From the NCBI GenBank assembly GCA_963754315.1, contig CAVWFS010000018.1, forward strand, positions 512,001-576,000: a DNA stretch of 64,000 bases, in the 5' to 3' direction. Numbering within the stretch: position 1 is the stretch's first letter; every line of letters starts with the position of its first letter. Below are positions 57,897 to 64,000 of this stretch, one piece after another. The translations under genes and the position numbers were made by a program. This DNA is from an uncultured Candidatus Rokubacteria bacterium. Its GTDB lineage: Bacteria; Methylomirabilota; Methylomirabilia; Rokubacteriales; CSP1-6. The notes below the pieces were generated by a model. It ran no database searches. It was given only the letters and a program-made list of their open reading frames with translations, and was not told where the DNA came from.

Positions 57897-59321
57897 ATGA
57901 CCCCGAAGGATGTGCTCAAGTTTGCCAAGGAGAAAGGCGTCAGGATCGTCGATCTCCGCTTCATCGACCTTCCCGGACTCTGGCAACACTTCTCGATTCC
58001 CGTCTCCGAGCTGAGTGAAGGGATCTTCGAGGACGGCCTGGGCTTCGACGGCTCGTCCATCCGCGGCTTCCAGACTATCGACGAGTCCGACATGCTGTTG
58101 ATCCCGGATGCGAGCAGCGCGGTGATGGATCCTTTCACGGCGGTTCCCACCCTCGTGCTCATCTGCAATGTGAAGGATCCCGTGACCGGCAAGCCCTATA
58201 CGCGCGACCCCCGCTACATCGCCCAGAAGGCGGAGGCGTATCTGAAGAAGACGGGTGTCGGTGATACCGTGTACATCGGCCCTGAGCTGGAGTTCTTCTT
58301 CTTCGACTCCATCCGCTTCGACCAGAGCTACAACTGCGGGTACTACTTCATCGATTCGGAAGCCGGCGCCTGGAACACCGGCAAGGAAGGCACGCCGGAA
58401 AGCCCGAACCTCGGCTACAAGCCACGCTACAAACAGGGCTATTTCCCGGTGCCCCCTATGGACAAGTTCCAGGACATTCGCTCGGACATGGTGCTCGCTC
58501 TGGAGAGCGTGGGAGTCCGAGTGGAGGTGCACCACCACGAAGTCGCCACCGGCGGCCAGACCGAGATCGACATGCGGTACGACACGTTGACCAAGATGGC
58601 CGACAAGGTGTGCTGGTACAAGTACTGCGCCAAGCAGACGGCCCGCAAATGGGGTAAGACGGCGACCTTCATGCCCAAACCGCTTTTCCAGGACAACGGT
58701 TCCGGCATGCATACGCACCAGTCGATCTGGAAGAACGGCAAGAACCTCTTTTACGAGCGGGGGGGCTACGCCGACATCTCCAAGACCTGTCTCTATTACA
58801 TCGGCGGTATCCTGAAGCACGCGCCGGCCTTGCTCGCCTTGATCGCTCCCTCGACCAACTCGTACAAGCGGCTCGTGCCCGGCTACGAAGCCCCGATCAA
58901 CCTCGTGTACAGCCAGCGGAATCGGTCGGCGGCCATCCGCATCCCGGTGTACTCCAAGTCGGAGGGAGCCAAACGGATCGAGTTTCGGACCCCCGATCCC
59001 ACCTGCAACCCATATCTATCATTCGCGGCCTGCCTCATGGCCGGCCTCGACGGGGTCGCCAACAAGATTGATCCGGGCAAGCCGGTCGACAAGGATCTGT
59101 ACGAACTTCCTCCCGCCGAGCAGCGCAGGATCAAGCAGCTCCCGGGCGCACTGGATATCGTGCTCGAGAATCTGGAGAAGTCCCACGACTGGCTGCTCAA
59201 GGGCGACGTCTTCACCCCCGACGTCATCGAGACCTGGATCGATTACAAGCGCAAGAACGAAGTCGACGCGGTTCGGCTGCGGCCGCACCCGTGGGAGTTC
59301 GCCCTGTACTTCGATATTTGA
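57897..59321 (+). CDS. glnA: Glutamine synthetase type I (adenylylatable)
   Basis: FDGSSI, GPELEFF, HHEVA, TFMPKP, NGSGMH, NSYKRLVPGYEAP, DLY(Tyr)ELPP. Confidence 0.97.
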   Translation: MTPKDVLKFAKEKGVRIVDLRFIDLPGLWQHFSIPVSELSEGIFEDGLGFDGSSIRGFQTIDESDMLLIPDASSAVMDPFTAVPTLVLICNVKDPVTGKPYTRDPRYIAQKAEAYLKKTGVGDTVYIGPELEFFFFDSIRFDQSYNCGYYFIDSEAGAWNTGKEGTPESPNLGYKPRYKQGYFPVPPMDKFQDIRSDMVLALESVGVRVEVHHHEVATGGQTEIDMRYDTLTKMADKVCWYKYCAKQTARKWGKTATFMPKPLFQDNGSGMHTHQSIWKNGKNLFYERGGYADISKTCLYYIGGILKHAPALLALIAPSTNSYKRLVPGYEAPINLVYSQRNRSAAIRIPVYSKSEGAKRIEFRTPDPTCNPYLSFAACLMAGLDGVANKIDPGKPVDKDLYELPPAEQRRIKQLPGALDIVLENLEKSHDWLLKGDVFTPDVIETWIDYKRKNEVDAVRLRPHPWEFALYFDI

Positions 59322-59341
59322 GTTGGGGTGTCCGTTGAAAT

Positions 59342-59362
59342 GGGGGCCTGGAAAAGGCCCCC
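59342..59362 (+). terminator. Hairpin after glnA (no plus-strand U-tract)
   Basis: GGGGGCCT-ggaaa-AGGCCCCC. Confidence 0.5.
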
Positions 59363-59495
59363 CGCGCCATTCGCGCAGAATGGCGGCGGGATACTGCGCC
59401 GAGAAAGTGAGCAGAGGATTCGGTCAGTTGCCCCTTGCTTATACAGGGGCCTCAGGTATTCGACTCTAAACGGCTGATTCTTTGCGGCTCGGCAA

Positions 59496-59510
59496 TGGCA
59501 TCATCTTTGC
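59496..59510 (+). promoter_or_regulatory. Sigma-54 promoter of the ANTAR regulator
   Basis: TGGCATCATCTTTGC, near-consensus; IHF-like site 59467-59479. Confidence 0.8.
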
Positions 59511-59524
59511 GCATCGATACCGGC

Positions 59525-60121
59525 ATGGCTACGGTGCGTTCGAACAGACTTCCTCGGTGGCGTGTGGTAATCGTGGACGACCATGAACGTTCGAGAGCAG
59601 CCGTTCGGGCTGCCATCTGGGCCGCGGGCGGAGAGGTTGTAGGAGAGACCACCCGCTCGGGTGAGGCACGAGATCTCGTCAAGCAAAGCAGTCCGGACGC
59701 GGCCATCTTCGCGGTCGGTCTCTCGGACGGCGATGGCTTGGAGGCGGCACGCCTTGTCACGGCGAGCAACGGCTGCCCGGTCGTACTCTGCACGAGCCGG
59801 ACAGGTGACGACCTGGTCGAGCGGGCGCGCGAGGCGGGTGTGATGGCGTTTCTCCTCAAGCCGCTACGTCCGGCTGAGTTGGCTCCCGCTCTCGATCTGG
59901 CGATCGCCCGGTATCGGGAGGCACAGGCCCTGCGTCAACTGCTCGAGGATCGCAAAATCATCGAGAAGGCCAAGGGCGCCCTCATGGCCCGTTTCGGGCT
60001 CACGGAGGACATTGCATTCCGTCGGCTTCGCAAGGCGGCGATGGACAGTCGAAAGCCGATGGTGGAGATCGCGCGTGCCCTGCTCGTCTCCGAGTCGGTG
60101 ACGCGCGAAGTGCCAGCCTAG
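59525..60121 (+). CDS. Pseudo-receiver + ANTAR RNA-binding regulator (NasT/AmiR-like)
   Basis: IVDD, PDAAIFAVGL (Asp to Ala), LLKP; ANTAR LEDRKIIEKAKGALM...AFRRLRKAAMD. Confidence 0.9.
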   Translation: MATVRSNRLPRWRVVIVDDHERSRAAVRAAIWAAGGEVVGETTRSGEARDLVKQSSPDAAIFAVGLSDGDGLEAARLVTASNGCPVVLCTSRTGDDLVERAREAGVMAFLLKPLRPAELAPALDLAIARYREAQALRQLLEDRKIIEKAKGALMARFGLTEDIAFRRLRKAAMDSRKPMVEIARALLVSESVTREVPA

Positions 60122-60157
60122 CCCACGCGGCCTCGAACCCCGACAAGGAGGTCTGGG

Positions 60158-60676
60158 GTGCTGATTGAGTCGCTGGGGGGGAACGCTGCGGCAAGGGAAA
60201 CGGCTTCCCTGGTTGTGCTCCTTCAAGACGCGGTCGAGAGCGGGGCCTCGGTTGGGTTTCTGCCCCCACTCGGAGCCGACGCGGCAGCCGCGTACTGGCG
60301 ATCGGTGTTTGCCGCCGTGAGGGCCCGGGCGCGTCTGCTGCTCGTGGCCCGAGCGGATCGTGGCACCCTGGTCGGCTCCGCCCAGCTGGAACTTGCGCTC
60401 AGGCCAAACGCCCTGCATCGCGCCGAGATTCAGAAGGTCATGGTCCTTACCACGGCCCGGAGACGTGGGATCGGGCGTGCCCTCATGGTGGCAGTGGAAG
60501 CGGAGGCCCGACGGCTCGGTCGGACTACGCTCGTGCTCGACACTCGGCACGGCGATCCTTCGGAGGGGTTGTATCGCGGCGTCGGCTACCAGTGCGCGGG
60601 CATCATTCCCCGCTATGCGAAGAGCGCAACCGGCGCCCTAGACGGCAGCGCCTTCTACTACAAGCTCTTGACATAG
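60158..60676 (+). CDS. GNAT acetyltransferase, Ttr/YedL-like
   Basis: GASVGF, SAQL...PNALHRAEIQK, ARRRGIG, LVLDT, YYKLL; AAGGAGG RBS. Confidence 0.85.
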   Translation: MLIESLGGNAAARETASLVVLLQDAVESGASVGFLPPLGADAAAAYWRSVFAAVRARARLLLVARADRGTLVGSAQLELALRPNALHRAEIQKVMVLTTARRRGIGRALMVAVEAEARRLGRTTLVLDTRHGDPSEGLYRGVGYQCAGIIPRYAKSATGALDGSAFYYKLLT

Positions 60677-60838
60677 GCGCTGTCTGCCTCTCGACCTCGC
60701 TCGTGTGCGATGGCACAATCGGCCCGTTTCCGTTACACTCGCGGCGGCCGGGCATGGTTACTTTCTCTCCCCAGGGCTGTTTCCTTCACGGCCACGCCAC
60801 GCGGCGATCGCCTCGGCCACGCGGGTAGGCTGCCGACC

Positions 60839-61529
60839 ATGAGCCCCGAGGTGCTCGTGGTCGAGGATGAGCCCGACATCAGAAGCCTGATCGTGTTGAA
60901 TCTCACCCGCGATGGGTTTCGGTGCCGGACGGCCGCCACTGGCTCCGAGGCCCTGCGCGCCGTCAAGGCGAGTCTGCCCGATCTGCTAATCCTTGATCTG
61001 ATGCTGCCCGAGCTGAACGGCCTCGAGGTCTGCCGTCGCTTGCGCCAGGAGCCGGTCAGCGCGTCCCTGCCCATCATCATGTTGACCGCGAAGACCGATG
61101 AGGTCGACCGTGTCCTCGGTCTCGAGCTGGGAGCTGACGACTACGTGGCCAAGCCGTTCTCGCCTAAGGAGCTGGTGGCCCGGGTGCGTGCGGTTCTGCG
61201 CCGGACGCGCCAAGCCCGAGGTCACGCGGGCCTTCTCGTCGGGTCCACTCCGACTGGATCCCGCCCGCCACCTGGCCACCCTGGCCGGACGGCCGCTGAC
61301 CCTGACTCCAAAGGAATTCGACCTTCTGCAGGCCTTCCTCGAATCGTCCGGTCGGGTGCTCTCGCGCGAGCACCTGTTGAACCGGGTCTGGGGCTACGCC
61401 CATGCCGACGAAATCGAATCGCGCACGGTGGACGTCCACGTACGTCGCCTTCGTGCGAAGCTCGGCGGGGAGGGATGGCGCATCGCCACCGTCAAGAGCA
61501 TCGGCTATCGAATGGAGGAAGCGACGTGA
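60839..61529 (+). CDS. OmpR/PhoB-family response regulator; frameshift near 61212
   Basis: VVEDE, LDLMLP, GADDYVAKPFSPKEL, then frame change to LTPKEFDLL, VWGY, SRTVDVHVRRLR. Confidence 0.88.
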
Positions 61530-61598
61530 TACAGCCCAAAGCCACCCGGCCGAGGAAGGCGGCGCCGGGGGCGCCCTGAGCGCTCCCCGCCTGGGCAC

Positions 61599-63050
61599 AT
61601 GTTCGGCCTCGTTCGCAGTCGCATCGCCATCAAGCTCACCCTGACCCTCGTGGGCTTCGTGGCCCTGACCATGCTGCTGGTGGGCCTGGCCCTCAATCGC
61701 TCGCTGGAGTCCTTCGCCGGGGAGTCGCTGGAGGCGCGCCTACGCATGGTCGCGGCCAGTTCCCTGTCCGATACCATGCGCCAGGTCATGCTCGTCAGTG
61801 GCCTGGTGGCCGTGGCGGTGGCGTTCGCCATCGGAGTTTTCGTGGCCAGGCGGGTCACCAGACCGGTGGTCGAGATGCAGGCCATCGCTCGCCGCATGAG
61901 CGAGGGTGACTTTGCTGTGCACGCGCCGGTTCGCTCCCCGGATGAGATCGGCGCCCTCGGGCGGGCCTTGAACGTGATGGCCGGGCGGTTGCGCGACAAG
62001 ATCCGCGACCTCGAGCAGGAGCAAGCGAAGGCGACCGCGATCCTCGACGGCATGGTGGAGGGAGTGATCGCCGTCGACGGCCGCAACTTGATCCTGCTCA
62101 TGAACGAGCGGGCCCGAACCATCTTTGCCTTGAGCCCCACCCCGGTCGCCGGCCGGCCATTCCTGGAGGTCATCCGCAACGCCGATCTGCACGAAGTCCT
62201 CCGGCAGAGTCGTAGCGAGGACGGTGTGTCCCGGCAGGAGATCCGCGTGTCTACCCCCGTGGAACGCCGTCTCCAGGTGAATGCGGTGCGACTCGCCTTG
62301 GTGGGTGAGGAGGTAGGGGTGGTCATGGTCCTCCACGACGTCACCGAGCTGAGGCGTCTGGAGCACGTACGGACGGAATTCGTCGCCAACGTGTCGCACG
62401 AGCTGCGCACACCGCTCACGGCCATCCAGGGCTATCTTGAGACTCTCTTGGCCGGCGCGTTGGAGGAACCCGAGCACGCCCGAAAATTTCTGGAGATTGC
62501 GTTTCGCCACACCGAACGCCTGGGGCGGCTCCTCAACGACCTCACCGACCTGTCCAACATCGAACTCGGCAAGGTTTCGTTGCGGCTCCACTCGGTGTCG
62601 CTGGTCGACGTCGTGGACTCGGTGCTGGCCATTATCAAGCCCAGAGCCGAGGCGGGTGACGTGACGCTCACCAGCAACGTTCCACGCAATCTCCCCCTCG
62701 TTCGGGCCGACCACGACCGACTGGCGCAGATCATGATTAACCTCGTCGACAACGCGGTGAAGTACACACCGCCCGGGCGACACGTCACGGTGCGGGCCCA
62801 GGGGCACCAAGCGGGGATGATCGCGGTGACAGTCGCCGATACCGGGGTGGGCATTTCGCGGACAGACTTGCCGCGCGTCACCGAACGCTTCTATCGCGTC
62901 GACAAGGCACGCTCCCGAGAGCTCGGTGGTACCGGCCTCGGCCTGGCCATCGTAAAGCATCTCGTCCTGGCGCACGGGGGCGAGCTGGCCATTGAGAGCG
63001 AGCTCGGGCGCGGCACCGAGGTCACCTTCACCTTGCCCAGTGAGGACTGA
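61599..63050 (+). CDS. PhoR-like sensor kinase (2TM-HAMP-PAS-HisKA-HATPase)
   Basis: RTEFVANVSHELRTPLT, NLVDNAVKY, ERFYRVDKARSRELGGTGLGLAIVKH. Confidence 0.9.
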   Translation: MFGLVRSRIAIKLTLTLVGFVALTMLLVGLALNRSLESFAGESLEARLRMVAASSLSDTMRQVMLVSGLVAVAVAFAIGVFVARRVTRPVVEMQAIARRMSEGDFAVHAPVRSPDEIGALGRALNVMAGRLRDKIRDLEQEQAKATAILDGMVEGVIAVDGRNLILLMNERARTIFALSPTPVAGRPFLEVIRNADLHEVLRQSRSEDGVSRQEIRVSTPVERRLQVNAVRLALVGEEVGVVMVLHDVTELRRLEHVRTEFVANVSHELRTPLTAIQGYLETLLAGALEEPEHARKFLEIAFRHTERLGRLLNDLTDLSNIELGKVSLRLHSVSLVDVVDSVLAIIKPRAEAGDVTLTSNVPRNLPLVRADHDRLAQIMINLVDNAVKYTPPGRHVTVRAQGHQAGMIAVTVADTGVGISRTDLPRVTERFYRVDKARSRELGGTGLGLAIVKHLVLAHGGELAIESELGRGTEVTFTLPSED

Positions 63051-63093
63051 CGGGCTCAAGCTGCCCCCGTCGGAGCGCGTCGCTGACTCAGTT

Positions 63094-63128
63094 TTAGGCT
63101 TGCCTAATCATAATAGGTAGGCTAGTTT
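63094..63128 (+). promoter_or_regulatory. DtxR/IdeR/SirR-type operator overlapping a sigma-70 promoter
   Basis: TTAGGCTTGCCTAA (63094-63107); TTGCCT-N17-TAGTTT-N7-GTG. Confidence 0.65.
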
Positions 63129-63135
63129 AATCACC

Positions 63136-63309
63136 GTGACTCAGCCCGACGGGACCGCGCCCCGCGAGACAGAGCCTCTGCCTCCCACGGTGCGGCGCCT
63201 GGACGCGGCGTCGGTGTTCGCTGGCCACCGCGAGGTCCTTCTCGTCCATCACGGGCAGGAGTACCGGTTGCGTATCACCAAGGCGAACAAGCTGATCTTG
63301 ACCAAGTAG
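63136..63309 (+). CDS. hemP: Hemin uptake protein HemP (57 aa, absent from ORF track)
   Basis: Translation ends DAASVFAGHREVLLVHHGQEYRLRITKANKLILTK, the HemP signature. Confidence 0.92.
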   Translation: MTQPDGTAPRETEPLPPTVRRLDAASVFAGHREVLLVHHGQEYRLRITKANKLILTK

Positions 63310-63354
63310 CTGATCGACCCCCCATACGATCGCACGCCGCAAAAGGAGAAGCGC

Positions 63355-63837
63355 ATGACCCGGATGACCGTCAAGCACATGACGGCCGGCCCGAACGGCG
63401 ATGACGCCATCCTTGTCCTTCAAACGGCGGATGGCGCTCGTTATCTCGGATTTCTTGTGCCCATGAACGAGGCCACCCGGCTGGCCCGTGTGCTCGGAAT
63501 GACCGGCTGCCGGTGCTCGCCCATCTATGATCTGCTGATGGCTCTGGGAACGGCGGTCGCGACACCCATCGGACGCGCCGTGCTTGATGCCACCCCCGAA
63601 GGCATCGGCGCTGCCCTGGTGTTCCGGCATCAGCAGGACGACATCACGATCGAGTGCCATCCGGCCGATGCGGTGGCCCTCGCTGTCCGGGCCCATGCCC
63701 CCATCTACGCGACCCTCGCCGCCATGGCGCACGCCTGCCCGGCCGGCGCGCATCCAGAAGTAGCGGACGATGCCGCGCAATGGCTGGCGACCGTCCGCCC
63801 CGAAGACTTCGGCCGGCCCCCAGAGGCCATCGCCTAG
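63355..63837 (+). CDS. Bifunctional nuclease family protein (DUF151-like)
   Basis: ILVL...YLGFLVPMNEA...YDLL...ECHPADAVALAVRAHAPIYA; AGGAG RBS. Confidence 0.75.
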   Translation: MTRMTVKHMTAGPNGDDAILVLQTADGARYLGFLVPMNEATRLARVLGMTGCRCSPIYDLLMALGTAVATPIGRAVLDATPEGIGAALVFRHQQDDITIECHPADAVALAVRAHAPIYATLAAMAHACPAGAHPEVADDAAQWLATVRPEDFGRPPEAIA

Positions 63838-63946
63838 TCGGGCTTGCGCACGGCGGCCGTCGGCTGACGAGAAGCCCGAACCCGGTTCAGGGAAGCTTCT
63901 GTATGCCGGTGACGATGAGGTTCGGCAATGTCCCGCGCAGGAGAAA

Positions 63947-64000
63947 ATGGACGCTGTCACCGACCGCGACGTTCTCCAGGAGCGTGGGCGACGCGGCTCG
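63947..64000 (+). CDS. Possible start of the next gene, truncated by window end
   Basis: AGGAG RBS followed by ATG, open to the edge. Confidence 0.35.
   Translation, partial: MDAVTDRDVLQERGRRGS

Noticed and set aside
60780..60825. Possible PHO boxes (TTCAC/GCCAC at 11-nt spacing)
   Set aside because: Too degenerate to separate from background.
63860..63940. CTGACGA plus CGAACC/GGTTCG pairing resembling a hammerhead ribozyme or riboswitch
   Set aside because: No GAAA core after a stem II and no recognisable riboswitch consensus; only weak pairing in GC-rich DNA.

Overview
High-GC (roughly two-thirds G+C by eye), gene-dense chromosomal window from a diderm bacterium. OprB porins, AsmA, sigma-54 promoters and full F420 synthesis together suggest Candidatus Rokubacteria/Methylomirabilota (inference only). 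No rRNA, tRNA, CRISPR array, transposase or prophage was seen. Main blocks: (1) 1-9.1 kb: the end of a solute:sodium symporter gene and a signalling module made of a CBS-DUF294 nucleotidyltransferase, a stand-alone receiver, a membrane HAMP-PAS-pseudokinase-DEDDh nuclease fusion and an SLC5-STAC-GAF histidine kinase. (2) 9.2-26.2 kb: housekeeping genes, including a DapF homologue with Ser at both catalytic Cys positions. (3) 26.2-28.7 kb: an ~811-aa GAF protein whose C-terminal half reads by eye as a divergent class III nucleotide cyclase (top candidate for something undescribed). (4) 29.4-37 kb: GH63, fbp, glk and two OprB porins. (5) 37.7-41.5 kb: a GGDEF/HD-GYP pair and TusA with an IscS lacking the PLP lysine. 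(6) 41.5-48.8 kb: an F420 operon. (7) 49-60.7 kb: mnmG, a GlrK/QseG/GlrR-like cascade, sigma-54 glnK-amtB-glnA, a pseudo-receiver ANTAR regulator and a Ttr-like acetyltransferase. (8) 60.8-64 kb: a phoBR-like pair and a short hemP (missed by the ORF track) under a DtxR-type box. Many genes appear leaderless. Several single-base frameshifts point to long-read consensus errors. All family calls come from motif recognition by eye; no database search was run.
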